Assembly: GCF_009914755.1 (NCBI RefSeq)
Contig: NC_060927.1
Source of the DNA: the human T2T-CHM13v2.0 reference genome, Homo sapiens
DNA: 64,000 nucleotides
Reading direction: 5' to 3' (one strand)
A program made the position numbers and the translations under genes. Shown here one piece after another: positions 43,311 through 57,484 of the stretch. How positions within the stretch are numbered: position 1 is the first letter of the stretch; each line of letters opens with the position of its first letter. The notes under the pieces are model-generated. The model saw nothing but the letters and a program-made list of their open reading frames with translations. It did not search any database and was not told the origin of the DNA.

Positions 43311-44023
43311 TATGACTAACTTCCAGTAGTAAATTCCCTTGGCCAAAGGACAAAATAACACTTACTTAGGTACACCAGAATCCTCAGAAAATTGAGTCTT
43401 ATAGTTAGCATTTTCTTTTCTTTTTTTTTTAAATCCATCTTGATCCAATTCTTCAAGTTCACTTCCTTGAACTCATGTGGGGTGAGGACTTCCCTTGAAA
43501 CCTCAAGCTTCTTTTATGATATTTAGAGTTTGTCTACTTTCTACCCATTTAAACCCACCCCCTGATTTTGGAAGAACCAGGTGTTCTACTATTGTGATGA
43601 AAGTTTCCATGCCATACTCTCCGAACCTCTTGGAATCCTTGGTTGGCTTCTGTGGAACCTTCCTGCTTACAAGTTGTTGCATCCTATGAGGCCAAACTAC
43701 ACTTATCTAGCACTCAGAATCCTAGGACAAACATGAGTAAAACACTTGGGGGAGCATGCCCTGGGGAATTTATAAATATACCCAAAGACATGGGTATATT
43801 TACATTTCACTGCTCTAGCAGCATTAATTAGCAATGGCCCAGTCATCTCAAAAGAACTTTGCTGTGAGAGTGGTCATTTTGCTAGTGGTGTCAAATGGGT
43901 CCCTGGGCACACTCAAGTGAACTGTAGAATTGACATGATTCTGTAAAATCATTGACTTTTTTTGTAATGGCAAAGACCTTTGATATCATTTGGTCTAACC
44001 TAGTACTCAATGCATTAGCCTCC

Positions 44024-44156
44024 TCTTTTTTTTTTTTTTTTTTTTTGATACAGGGTTTCATTTTGTTGCCCAGGCTGATCTTGAGCTCCTGGGCTCAAGT
44101 GATCTTCCTCCCTCAAGTAGCTGGGATTATAGGTGTGTGCCACTACACCTGGCCTG
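44024..44156 (-). mobile_element. Alu monomer fragment (FLAM-like)
   Basis: Poly-T then gatacagggtttc...gggctcaagtgatc...acacctggcc. Confidence 0.75.
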
Positions 44157-44762
44157 ACCTTCTCTTGCATCTCGTTAGTATTCTCCACAAAAAAATCAAG
44201 GCATCCAGCTTCTTGGAAGCCTCCAAAAAAGGATCTGTACTAGCTCACTAGGGAAATAGCAAAGCACAATGGTTAGAATTTAGAGGTTTCTGACCAGATC
44301 TGGGGTCAAACCCTGAATCTTCCATTTCCTCTGTGACCTTGCATGTTATTTAGCTTCCTGAAACCCTACATTTCCCCATCTGTAAAATGGGGCTGTTATA
44401 TATACCTATATTATGTGGTCAACTCACTTGGTAAAGCATCTGTAGTATTTAGCATTGGAAACATAAGTTGTATTCAATAATGTTATCTAAATTATTAAGT
44501 ATAACTTATTAATTATAATATCAAATAATATTGATAGTATTTGTTTATTCAGCTGATCTTCACTGAGCCCCTATAATGTATCAAGCTCTATGTTAGCTAT
44601 CTGTGAGACATATCTATCTCACAATATCCCTCACAGTAAATAACTCTGTAAATTGCAGCATGGGTCCCAGTTTGCTTCATGGAGAACTTTTCCACATACC
44701 ACCCCTTCTGAAGACAGTTGTCATGACCCCATATATGCTTCTGTCCTTTAGAATGAATACTT

Positions 44763-45075
44763 GGCTGGGTCCATGGTTCACGCCTGTAATCCTAGTACTT
44801 TGGGAGGCTGAGGCAGGAGGATCACTTGAGACCAGGAGTTGGAGATCAGCCTAGGCAACTTAGAGAGAATCCGTCTCTGTAAAAATGTAAAAAATTAGCT
44901 GGGTGGGGTAGTAGTACATACCTATAGTCCTAGCTACTCAGGAGGCTGAGATGGGAGGATCACTTGAGACCAAGAGTTCAAGGATGCAATGAATCATGAT
45001 CGTGCCACTGTCCTTTAGCCTGGGCAACAGAGCAAGACCCTGTTTTTAGAAAACACATTTAAAAATAAAAAAGTA
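44763..45075 (+). mobile_element. AluJ
   Basis: Diverged dimer with ggaggatcacttgag in both arms. Confidence 0.85.
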
Positions 45076-46611
45076 GAATGAATCCTCATACCTCTTCATT
45101 CCATCTACATTAGCGTTGAGGCCTTGTTCCTTCATTATCTCGTTGTTCCGAAAGTATATTAAAGATTAATTTAGCATTTATGGATATGCCTAATAGGTGG
45201 CCAGCACCAGGCAAGGTGCTGTGGATGCGAAGGTGACTAAGGTGTGCTTCCTGTTCTCACGGGGGTTACCAGTCTAGAAGGGGGAGACTCTTTTAGCCCT
45301 TGAGGGGAGAAGGACAATTCAGGAGCAGAGAGGCCATCTCAAGGGAATTTCCAGATAAGAAAGATCCTCTGGGCAGAGTTGAATTAACTCCCAGACAGGA
45401 GAGGAGTCCCCTGCAGCCACCCTTAGAAGTCACTGACTTTATCCCGGCATCCACTTCTCTTCTTTATCCCCATACTGGAAAGGCTAAATGTGGCTCCATT
45501 AGAGTCTTTCAACAAATCTATTTCAGCATTTTGCCATTAGGGGAAAGACAATGTAACTTCAACATTAGGAGCACAGACTCTGAACCAGACATCTGAATAC
45601 ATACTCTTGACGGAGTGATTCAACCTCTCTGCTTGTGTTTCCTTGTCTGTAAAATGGGGATCATAATAGCATCTACTGCAATAGAATTAATGGGAGAATT
45701 ATAAGAGGTAGCCCACAAAAAGCATTTAGAACAGTTGGGCCCTGATAAGCTCTCACTAAAAGTAAGTTACTAGCTCTTATTCTTGATGAACTTGGGTTTT
45801 AGTTGTCAAAATTAAGTAACAAAGCTACTGCAACCTATTAACATTTTAATTTTTTCCCACAGTAAAGTTTAATGTTCTTCGTGTTAGGCATTTTTTTCTT
45901 TTATTTGATTATTTGAAATGCTTTATTTCAAGTTAACTACTTAGGAAAAAATAAAGTGGAAGGAACACTTAGAGAGGAAACTGTCCTAAGGGAATTGAAG
46001 TCTAGAAATAACTATTCTGAGAGCACAAGGGCCCTCTTGTACTATCACAAACAAAGAATAAAAGTCCCAGTTTACTTGTGTTAACAGTGCTCAATTGATA
46101 TTCAGAAAAGGGGACCATCCAGAGAGAAAAAATAATAACGTTTTACAATTATCATTTACTTGGAAAAATATTCATTTTGGTGGAGCACAACATTGAAGAA
46201 CTCAATTCAGACCAGTATGGGGGCATAGACCCAGGCGCATCTTCCTTCAATTTGTTTGTCCGGATTAGACTGTGGCTTTCATCTGTCCATGGTGCAGTTT
46301 GTGCTCTGGAAGTGAAATCTTGTCATTTAGGTAAATGGCCTGGATAAAAATCCCACAAAGATGTGAAATATACATGTTAATAGAAGAAGTCTCTTCCTTT
46401 TTCTTAGCTCTAAAGGTGTTATTTTGACCTAATTATGATGTTAACTGTATTTATCGGGAAAGTTTTCTAATGCAGAAGAACCAACTACAGAATCCTTTCT
46501 TTAAAATGCATGGCTAGGAGACACATTTTAAATTATTTCCATCAACCTTCCTTTTAGTAGCTTCAGCAAATAAGAGCGGTTGATAGAAAGAACATACACC
46601 ACCATTTAGGA

Positions 46612-46820
46612 CACAGTTTCTCAAATGTGGAACTGTTGACATTTGGGATGGATAAGTCTTTGTGGTGGGAGACTGTCCTGTGCATTTTAGGATGCTTAAC
46701 AGCATCCCTGGCCTTCACCCACTGGATGCCAGCAGCAAATCCCCTGCAGGTGCATCAACTGAAAATACCTCCAGATATTGATCCGGGGAAACAAAATCAG
46801 CTCTAGTGTGGAATGCCTGA
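46612..46820 (-). mobile_element. MER20
   Basis: ctgtcctgtgcattttaggatgcttaacagcatccctggcc. Confidence 0.78.
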
Positions 46821-49800
46821 CTTGGAATAATGACTGGTCACCTCAGCCTTGCAGATTCCCTGATTTCTGTTCCTAGATTTGCATTGCAGTCTGGTAAAAA
46901 ATTGTCTAATCGTTGACAATGTACTTAGTAATTAACATAGCAAGTGGTTTTGTTGATCAAGTGAAAATTAGCTCACCTGTCAAAACTGTAAAGTGGGAAT
47001 CCAGTACTCCCTAGAAAATTAGAATACTGTATTGTTAATCATAGCAGTTACCACTTATTGATCACTGAAGTAGCAGGCACTGTTTCACCTACTTTATCTC
47101 TATTAAATCTTATAAGACCCCTGTGAGAAGAATGTTGTCACTTTTCAATTGGAGACACTAAGCCTCAGAGAACTTGCTTAATATCACATAGCAAGTTCGT
47201 AAAGAGGCAGGATTTTAATCCGGATCTCTGACTCCTAAGCACAGGCTATAAAGTTCTGCACCATTAATCGGTAAATTGGAGTATCCACATTCGGCTAGTA
47301 AGCGGCAGGGTTTTTATTTCCTCAGGTCTAATTGGAGATGAATTGAAAGTTTGCAGTTTCTAACTGGTTAATATCAGCATGTTGATACTCTCCCCACCCC
47401 CAGTTCTGCTGTTAACATGGGACGTGAGCCTCCGACCAAAAACCTCCATTAGGCAATGGCAAAAATCTTGGCTTTTCTTTCTGTAAAAAGCAGTAAGATG
47501 CCATACACAAAGTGCCATTTTAATTCTGTGCTTGGCCCAAAGTAGGCACCCAAAAAATGAGATGACCCCCAGCAAAATATTCTGCCATGCTTTCTGCTTC
47601 CCACTCCTAATCAGCAAGTATGGGAAAAGCAGCCGAAGCAGGAAATCTTTCAGAGAAGTAGATAGAGGGCTATAAGCTTTTTCAACTGGAAGTAATGATG
47701 TCTGATCTCAGTAGAGTGCCCAATGAGGCATCTTGCTATAGGGATTTTAATTCATTTCCCTTTTTGATGTGCACTGTCGTCAATCCATGCTAATCACAGC
47801 AGTACTTTCTGTAGTTTTTCATGCATCTCAATCCATTTCTCACTAGGTATCCCCCACGTTGCTCTTTGTCTCCCCCACCCTGTCCATCTCGCTGTCTATG
47901 GCAGAAAGCATTCTCTCTCTCAGTCATGTACATATCTCTTCTTTAGAATATAGTTAGAAAATATGTTCTTGTCCAGAAGAAGCTTAGAATTAGATATCTG
48001 TTCAACATAGGTCTATCAATGACTTGGAGATGTGTATCAGTTGCTATTATTTATCCCTAACAAATCATCATAATAACACAGTGAGTTTTGCATACAATTT
48101 GCCTATGAAAACCATATGTGTGATTTACCTTTCTAGAGCAAGTGGAATAATTTTTCTTTTAGCTTATTGCTTTGAATTTTCAAGTCACATTCTTGGTTTG
48201 TTAAAACCTCAACGTTTTCCCAAAATCCAAAATTCTCAAAAGATAGGGGAATAAAGCTTTGGAATCCAAGGAGTTACCAGACATCATGGCAGCTGTATAA
48301 GTTTAGTCTTTCTGGTACTTTACAGGGCTGTTTTGAAACATGTGAGTGCCTTTCACTTTGCGTTAAATTGGACAAGAATAAAACTAAACACACACAGAGC
48401 AAGGTTGACCCTGAGAAGGTAACCTATTTCAACTAAAACCACTTAGTGAAATGACAGCTAATAATCAAAGTCACTTTTTATCAATTCCTTAGTTAGAGGG
48501 CCTTGAAATACCATACAAGGGCATTTTAAATGACCACGATGTCTATTTTTGTGCCTGTGTATGGGGGTATGTGTATTAGGTTTTATGCATATACTATAAA
48601 CGCTGCTTTCAAAAAGGAGCAAAAGAGGGAGTTGTATTCTGCTGGTCTGTCTGTCCTCCCTGCCTACCCCAATTCTGTTCGAGCCAGTGTCTGATTCACC
48701 CATCAAGAAGTATCTTATTCCATGTCCATTGCCTCCCACCCAAATCTCTTTAGCTAGGGGTTTAATTCATAGAGTATATGTTTAGAGGCTATCACAGAAA
48801 TAGATGCAATGGTTATCAATGAGGGGAAGCACATTCGACTTGTATTTTGTGGTATATTTTCATCTGTATGTTAGTGGTCATTGGAGAGGATGCAAGGTAC
48901 TCTGTTGAATACAGTTTTTACTAGATACTTCTCAGTCACTAAACACTTTAATCACACCTAAATGCTTTCTGAATGTACTTTTCTCAGATGTAGAATACAA
49001 TTCCATGTGTAATCAAGAAATGGGAGGGCTAAACGACTTAAAGTCTTACCCAGTAATCATGGTTATAGAAATTGTTTGAATCAATCTAGTAATGGTACGT
49101 GTCTGCAGTGGAAGGAGTGAGGTCAGTCAACGATTTCTCCATAGTTACTATTTCAAACTGTATTTCAGGGCATGGGAAGGGAGATCAACTTGGGCCTTTT
49201 CTACAAAAACAGGCCTATAAACTGCTGCAACCAGCTAGTTACCAAGAAATGCACATACACAACCAAAGGAGGACTCGCTGCTTTAAAACAGCCCATTCAG
49301 AACTAGAGGAAAAACTCTGACGCTAGCTTGGGGAAGGCTAAATATTTCTTTTACTTTTTTTTTTTATTATTATTCTCTTGAAAGTGTAAATTTTTGCTCT
49401 CTTTTAAAGTCTGTGGGCTCCCTCTTGTGGCTTTGTGGAAAATTTCAATTTCAAGGAAACGCTTTTTCTCTCTAGCAATAAGGAAATCATTTCCAATTAA
49501 AAAAAAAAAAACTTTCATTGCTTTTCCTTGTAAAAGAAAAAGTGAGAAGAAGAGGTGGATACGAGAAGGAAGGAACAAAATTAACTTTAATGGAAAGTCC
49601 TATTTGGTGAAAAGGTCATTTTATATACAATCCTGTTTTACAATAATAGCCAACATTTCCTGAACACCCACTGTTTGCTACTAGTTGTACTAGATAATGC
49701 ATTCACCACATTATTCATTGCCTCCATGCTCAAAATAAACTGACTGGCTAGTTAGAGTAGTCATTTTATGGGTGTGAGACTGTACTTTCCTGCCTCAAAG

Positions 49801-50003
49801 GGAACTGGTTGAGGAGATCCTGTACCTCTCTTTTAATACCTGTGAATGAAAAAGTAAACATCTCATATTTTCCTATTTTAAAAATGATTTTTTGTATCAA
49901 ATAATTTTTCTTAAATAAATCCTAGAGTAGGATATAGGTTTTATCTGAAAAAACATGGGAATTGTTCAACAGTTAATTTCTGTTACTGTTTGTCTCTCTC
50001 TAG

Positions 50004-50192
<189 letters not shown>

Positions 50193-51100
50193 TAGTGATG
50201 TGCAAACTATATCCAACTCATGGACGTAACTTTTATAGGTCTCTGCAGTGGTTAAAACATTATGCAATATTTTAAGACGGAGAATTTATACTTGAAAATT
50301 CTGTTTTTTTTCAAGGAGATCCTTGAAAATCTCCTGAGATACTGGGAATCGGGGCCACCATTACTGCATGTCACCAATCACTGTGTGTGTGGTGAAGGTC
50401 CCCTTTGTGTTGGGGATAGTAGGCAACTCTTTCAGCTGTAACTGTCTCCACCCTACCTGATATGTATGTTTCTAACAAGCCCCTAGAGGCATTTGCATTT
50501 GAGAACCCAGATCTGAATTTTCCTTTGACACACATTCAAGCCCACAATTGGGATAGCATAAGAATATATTTCTCACATCTTCAGATGCCTCCTGTTGTCT
50601 TTTGCTGTATTGTGTGCAAAAGATTTATTACACAGAGGGGAAAAAATTATAAAATGGAGCAATGGATATTATTTGTTCTTGAGGCAAGTGTGAAATTACT
50701 TATTTCTCTACTTTGCTTAATGCTTTAGGGAAGGCATTTATTTGGTCATTAAAACATGGCGGAAACTATATTAGAACTGGCATTCTACCATGGTGAATTT
50801 TATGGCCCTTACCACACCCCTCTTTTTATTATTTGATCCTTGCATCCTGCAGGATTGGATGAACAGACTGAGAATATGGAATATGGATTTGGTACAGAGA
50901 ATTCCTGTTCCAGTCAAGGATGTCTTAAAAAAATTTTTTTTAGAAAATAAGCAGGAGAAAGATGTTTTTTAAAAACCATGGATTTGAGTGAAAAGAGTAA
51001 TTAATAAGTAAAAACCATCCAAAACCAAAACACAAGTAGCTACCCTACCAAAAAGGAAAATTACTGCAAGACAACAACAACAACAAAAGCAAGAATCGTC

Positions 51101-51290
51101 GGGCAGGCACAGTAGCTCACGCCTGTAATCTCAGCACTTTGGGAAGCTGAGGCAGGCAGATTGCTTGAGCTCAGGAGTTCCAGGCTGCAATGAGCTGTGA
51201 TCACACCACTGCACTCCAGCCTGGGCAAGAGGAATGAGTCCTGTCTCAAAACAAAGCAAAACAAAACAAAACAACAACAACAACAACAAC
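51101..51290 (+). mobile_element. Alu monomer (FRAM-like, or a left/right-arm hybrid)
   Basis: Left-arm-like start joined to a right-arm-like end; (AAAAC)n/(AAC)n tail; aagaatc on both flanks. Confidence 0.8.
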
Positions 51291-51400
51291 TTAAGAATCA
51301 TTGAAGTGGAGGGTATGTAAGTCATGCTTCTGTGTGAGGAAAAAAAAACTAGAAAATGATTTGAACTGACCATCACAACTGAAAGAATTCAACTTCTGAG

Positions 51401-51401
<1 letters not shown>

Positions 51402-51437
<36 letters not shown>

Positions 51438-51602
51438 CATACACACACACACATAGATATGCATATATATGCATATATACATGGATGTATGCATATAGAT
51501 ATGCATATATACATGGATGTATGCATATAGATATGCATATATACATATATAACACCCATATAATAAATATATATGGTGTGTATATATATATATATATATA
51601 TG
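51402..51602. repeat. Compound (TA)n/(CA)n low-complexity repeat with a ~30-bp tandem unit
   Basis: atatatacatggatgtatgcatatagatatgc occurs twice between TA runs. Confidence 0.92.
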
Positions 51603-52046
51603 CTTCAGTGGCTATAAGTTATGCTAAAAAGATTTCTATTTTGAGATAAAATTCTAAATTATGGTAGTGTAATGCTTCAGCTATCACTTCTGAAAAGGAA
51701 ATAACAGAGCTTTCTGGATCCCCAGATTGGTCAAGTAACATGTTTTGTTTTGTTTTTAATTCTGTTTTGTTTTGTTTTGTTCTCTGTAAGGCAAAAAGTA
51801 ATCTCTTATCCCAGAGATGTCACAAGAGTTGCTATGCAAATAGAGCTTTCCAATTGCAGTTGCCACCAAATGCCTCTATTCCTATTTTGTTTTTATAGAC
51901 TCAAGCTAGTAAATAGTGGTTCCTAAGTTATTAGATGATTTCATTACAGCAGGTTTTAACAGAATCTGGCACCAACTTCTGAAAAAATGAGTTCATTCTA
52001 TGAAGTAGTGAACTAGTTAGAAGAGACAGAGATCCAATTTGGCAGC

Positions 52047-52332
52047 TTTTTTTTTTTTTTTTTTTTTTGAGACAGGGTCTCTCTGTGTCTCCTGAGCTGG
52101 TGTGCAGTGGTGTGATCACGGCTCACTACAACCTCGACCTCCTGGGCTCAAGTGATCCTCCCACCTCAGCCTCCCGTAGCTGGGACTGCAAGCATGCACC
52201 ACCATGCTGGACTTATTTTTTTTTATTTTTTGTAAAGACCAAGGCTGATCTTGAACTCCTGGGCTCAAGTGATCTTTCCACTTCCACTTCCCAAAGTGCT
52301 GGAATTACAGGTGCAAGCAACCATGCTGGGCC
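52047..52332 (-). mobile_element. AluJ
   Basis: Long T tract then gagacagggtctc...ccatgctgggcc. Confidence 0.87.
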
Positions 52333-52634
52333 ACTACTCAGTTTTTATATCAGCACGTTACACAGGCATCAAAAAAGGATTGAAAGCTTCTATGGCCTGA
52401 AAAGAAAATATATCAGACCCCTGATAATAGAGTATCAACAGCAAATTGACATAGTTTTCTAATTATCGATTTCTTTCTTGCTAGTATCTGTATATGTTTA
52501 CAGTGTGCTATATATAATTTTTACCAGGGTTTTTTTTTACCATTTTGTGGAAGCCCAGTTTTTACATATTGTATATATGATATATATATTGCTTTTGAAA
52601 ACATGCAAGCTTTTTAAAAAGATATCATTTTTAA

Positions 52635-52916
<282 letters not shown>

Positions 52917-54518
52917 TAGAGGAGAGTTGATTCCTACAGCTGTTAAAATTCTCTCTTATGGAAGAAAATTGTATTTGACAGAAACCAAGGTATATATTTT
53001 CCCCATATTTTATCTCAGATCAAATTGAATTTTGTATATATACTTATTTTCAGTTTCTGAAGAGTTTTTATTTTTCTTGTTTCTAGTAGTGGTTTTCTCT
53101 CTCTCTCTCTCTCTTTTTGGTAAGAGGGAGAATTGATCCCCAACTACCCAATTATAAGTGTTGCTCACACTGGAACTTATTAACAAAAGGGGATTAGGGA
53201 AGCACCTTCTCCAATGAGATTTGAAAGAAAAAGAAAGAAAGAAACAGATCTGAAGGGGAGTAAATGGATGAGGCAGCCTCCTAAATTTCTGACATGATTC
53301 GTGACTTAAAAAAAATAGCCCTAAAGCATTTAAAATATTTTTTACGTGTTTAATTTACTCTTGATCAAATCTTCAAGTTGTCTCCTACGAATACTTTAAT
53401 TTTGGTTTAATATAAACATGTAAGACAAGTTGCACAGATTTTTTTAAAAAGGGATTGGGCTTGGAGGTAGGAAATTGTGTGTGAATTTCTCATCTCATGG
53501 CCTCATGTCCTCTGTTTCTTAAATTGATTTTTAAGAATGTGAGTCATATATAAACACTTTCTCCTTATAAAAATGATAGAATAAGGCCAGAGTTCCCCTT
53601 TAGTCCCCAGGAATATGCGTGTTGGTTTCAATTTGGCATTGCTCTTCCTGACCTTTTTCTGTGTATTAAGAATATAGACACATGCACACAGAAAATAAAT
53701 CATATGGATTTCTATATGTTTTAACACAAACGGTATCATATTGTCCATTTTATGTTGATTTTTTTCTACTAAGCAGCATGTTTTGAAGACCTTTTGCTGT
53801 TAGAAATCTAGATCTATCTACTTTTTGAAAACAAATTGCATAGTATTTTATAGTGTGACTGTATGATATTTAGTAACTTCCCAACTGCTGTGTGTTTATG
53901 TTGTTTCTAGTTTTTTCCTATCATAAGCAATGCCACAGTTAACATTTTTATATGTGTCTCTTTGTGTACAAGAAAGTTTGTTTCTCTAGGTTAGAAACCG
54001 AACTGAGAGGCACAACTTCTGGGTCCTGTGGGTGCTGGTTTTTACTTTAAAAGCTACACCCCTCCCCAGTTCTCATGTCAAGTGTAAGAAGCTCTCCTTA
54101 TCTTTTAACCAAGAGATAAACTATTATCTCCAAGGCCTCCTCCAGCTTCTAAGTAATTTTACCCTAAGATATTTCTTCTTTTAAAACACCTTAGAAACAA
54201 GATAATTAGGCATTATCCAAAACTACTTAAGTGAGATGTGGAAAACTGAGTTGGATCTTGTCAAAAACAATAGATACCTGTAATTAGGCACCTGAACTCT
54301 CAAGGTCAAGGTTGTCAGTAAAGTGCAAACATGATCAGCTCAAACTCTGAAGGCTATGAAGCAATCTAAAAGTCTCAGCCAACCATTGGGAATTAATACT
54401 CAAGGTTAGATTGCCCCTTGGTCAAGCTGTTCCTCTTCTAGGAATTTATTTTGTAAGAATATTGCCAAAATGTACAAAAGGATACATTCATTTATTCACT
54501 CATTCAATCAGCCATTAC

Positions 54519-54600
54519 TGTATGTATGTGTGTATGTGTGTATATATATATATGTATGTATATGTATATATATATATGTGTGTATATATATATATGTATG

Positions 54601-54660
<60 letters not shown>

Positions 54661-54682
54661 CAGAGAAAGAAAGAGAGAGAGA
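54519..54682. repeat. Compound microsatellite (TG/TA)n(GA)n(GAGACA)n
   Basis: Directly visible. Confidence 0.95.
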
Positions 54683-55189
54683 GCGCCCCTGTTTTGTGTG
54701 AGGCACTTTTCTACAATGTGAACCAGAAAATGAGTTTCCCATCCTGGGAAGCTTGCCTTTGAGTTAGGGGTCATCTACCATGTATTGCTGAGTAAGATGA
54801 GCAAGGGTCAGAATAATATGTATAATATCCCATTGTGTAAAAATAGCACACTGGGGAGAGACGTGCTTGTCTCTGTGTTTATATGAATGTATATGTGCTT
54901 GGGAGACAATCTAGACATCACCCTTATCAGTGACAATTTGCCCAGGCATATAGATGTTGGATAGTATAAAGACTTGGCTTTTACTTTTTCTTTAATACAC
55001 CTTTGTATTTTTTGAAATTTTTTACTAGCTTATATCTTCTTTCTAATAAATGATTGGAAAGGGAAGTCATGGAACTAAAAATAAAATGTAGTACACCTAA
55101 ATATTGACAGTGAAAGGTGTCAGCTATATGCTGGTGAGTGAAAAAAAGATGCAGAGTCCTTTTTAGTATGATCCCACTTTAAATGTTTT

Positions 55190-55570
55190 GTTTCTTATTT
55201 AACACATATTTGTTGAGAGCGTACTATGTGCCAGATGCACAAGGTTACTTGGAATGCAACAGTGAATAAACATAACAAATAGATCAATGGGATACATGAA
55301 TATGGGATGGCAGAAAGTTCCACGTGGAGTCAAAGGGCAGGCAAGGGAGTATAGTGTCAGCATGGACATGGGAGGTAGTGAATCAGTTTCAAAGAGGGTG
55401 ACCAGAAAGTCTCTTAGGTAAATCTGAGTCTACCTGAGGGAGGTGAGTGCAGTGCTGTTCACATATCTGGAGGTACAGTGTTCCAGGCAGGTGGAACAGC
55501 CTTATGAAGTCCTCCAATGGGGCGTGTCTGGCTTGCTTGAGGAATAGCAAGGAGCCAGAGGGGCTAGAGT
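55190..55570 (-). mobile_element. L2 fragment
   Basis: acatatttgttgagagcgtactatgtgccag...gtgttccaggcaggtggaacagc...gaggaatagcaaggagcc. Confidence 0.6.
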
Positions 55571-56097
55571 AATTTTATGATTATTATGTGCTTGGAAAAA
55601 AAATAAGAAGAAAGTATCATACTTCAGAGTTTTGGGGAAGGTTAGCTAGTGGATCAAGGACCCCACAATTCCTTCTTCAAAACCATTGACCATCATTTAG
55701 GGTTTCTATTTTATACAAGCCTAATGGTAGGACTTCGTATTATATAAAACGGATTTCATCATTGGAATAATCCCTCAGCCAAAACAAACTGCAATTTATA
55801 TTGGGAAAGCAGGGAATCACATTATTTATCTAGGTGTACAGACTATTAGTGGAACAAAAAGAAGCATATATTCTGGTATTTAGAGTAACTATTAACAACT
55901 TTAATCCATTTTGTTAGACTTTAAATTATTTGGAATTTATTTGTTTGACTACATTAATTAGAGACATTTATCATGTCATATGCCTTATTATGTCATCCTC
56001 CCCTAAGAACATGATAGTTGACCTTACACTGAGATTTATAAAATAGGAATGCTGTGAAGATTCATGGTACAGCTAAAAATGCTAGACTTCAGTTCTA

Positions 56098-56414
56098 GGG
56101 CTGTGCTATCTAGTACAGTAGCCATTCACCACTGGTGCCTACTCAGACTTGAAATATGGCTGGTCCAAATTGTGACGTAAAACTGAAAGTGTAAAATGCG
56201 CCCTGGATTCCAAAAACTTAGAGTGAAGAAAAGAATGTTAAGTACTTAATTTGTAAATGTTTACGTTGATTGCCTGTTAAAATAATAATATTTTGGATAT
56301 AATGGATTTAAGAAAATGTTAATTTCATGTCTTTCTTTTTACTTTTTAAATAGTACTACTAGAAAATTTAAACTTATATGTAAATTATATTATATTTCTG
56401 TTGGGTAGCACTAG
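56098..56414. mobile_element. MER33-like (hAT-Charlie)
   Basis: ctgtgctatctagtacagtagcca...tatttctgttgggtagcact. Confidence 0.65.
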
Positions 56415-56484
56415 GCTAGGGCATGGGTTTTTTGTGTGGCCCATGAGTTAAGAATGTTTTTTACATTTTTAAATGGTTAAAAAA

Positions 56485-56790
56485 GGCCGGACGCAGTGGC
56501 TCACACCTGTAATCCCAGCACTTTGGGAGGCTGAGGCGGATAGATCACTTGAGGTCAGGAGCTCGAGACCAACCTGGCCAACACAGTGAAACCCCCTTCT
56601 CTACTAAAAGTACAAAAATTAGCCAGGTGTGGTGGCATGTGCCTGTAGTCCCAGCTACTTGGGAGGCTGAGGCACAAGAATCTCATGACCCAGGAGATGG
56701 AGGTCGCAGTGAGCTGAGATCCTGCCACCGCACTCCAGCCTGGGTGACAGAGCAAGACTCCGTCTCAATAAATAAATAAATGCTAAAAAA
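56485..56790 (+). mobile_element. AluS inserted within a hAT-Charlie MER element
   Basis: ggccggacgcagtggctcac...ctccgtctc(aata)n. Confidence 0.9.
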
Positions 56791-57382
56791 AAAATTGTGA
56801 CATGAAAAGTATATACAACGCAAATTTCAGCATGACAAGTAAATTCTAATGCTTTTCATTGATTTGCCTTGCAAAAAATTGTACTCGTATGTTATATTTT
56901 GAATTTTGTCAGTAAAAAATGTGTGGAAATTTGTTTTCCCTCCGCTTAAGTAAATATCTGCATAATATCCTCAATTTTGCTACTTATCCCACAAAGCCAG
57001 AAGTACTAACTTCCTGGCTCTTTGCAGAAAGTTTGCTGACTTCTGCTCTAAGGGGTTAGGTTAGAATTTGGGCTTTCACCAGATATTGTTGGATGTCCTC
57101 GCCAAGTCCCTAATAACAGTATCTCCAAGGCAATTTCATTATTTGTAACTAAGGATAGTAACTGATTTCAGGGTTGTTATAAGAACAAATGAGAAATCGT
57201 CTGTATCTAAGGGCTTTGGAAATGGTAAAGAAATGTAGCTCATTTTTAACTGCAATACCAAGAACATAGTAAAAATAGGGAAAAAGTAGGTTCAGGTTTC
57301 CGTTGTCATGACCTGGAGAAGTTAATATGCACATGCCTTTAATGAGATGTGCTAAATGCATACATGGCACTGTTACTAATAG

Positions 57383-57484
<102 letters not shown>

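Noticed and set aside
51291-51555. ORFs rich in YI/MH/CV
   Set aside because: Low-complexity TA/CA repeat
52067-52462. 131-aa ORF
   Set aside because: Typical translation of an antisense Alu
54411-54774. Several overlapping ORFs (YIYI/ERER/LSLS)
   Set aside because: Artefacts of microsatellites that contain no stop codons
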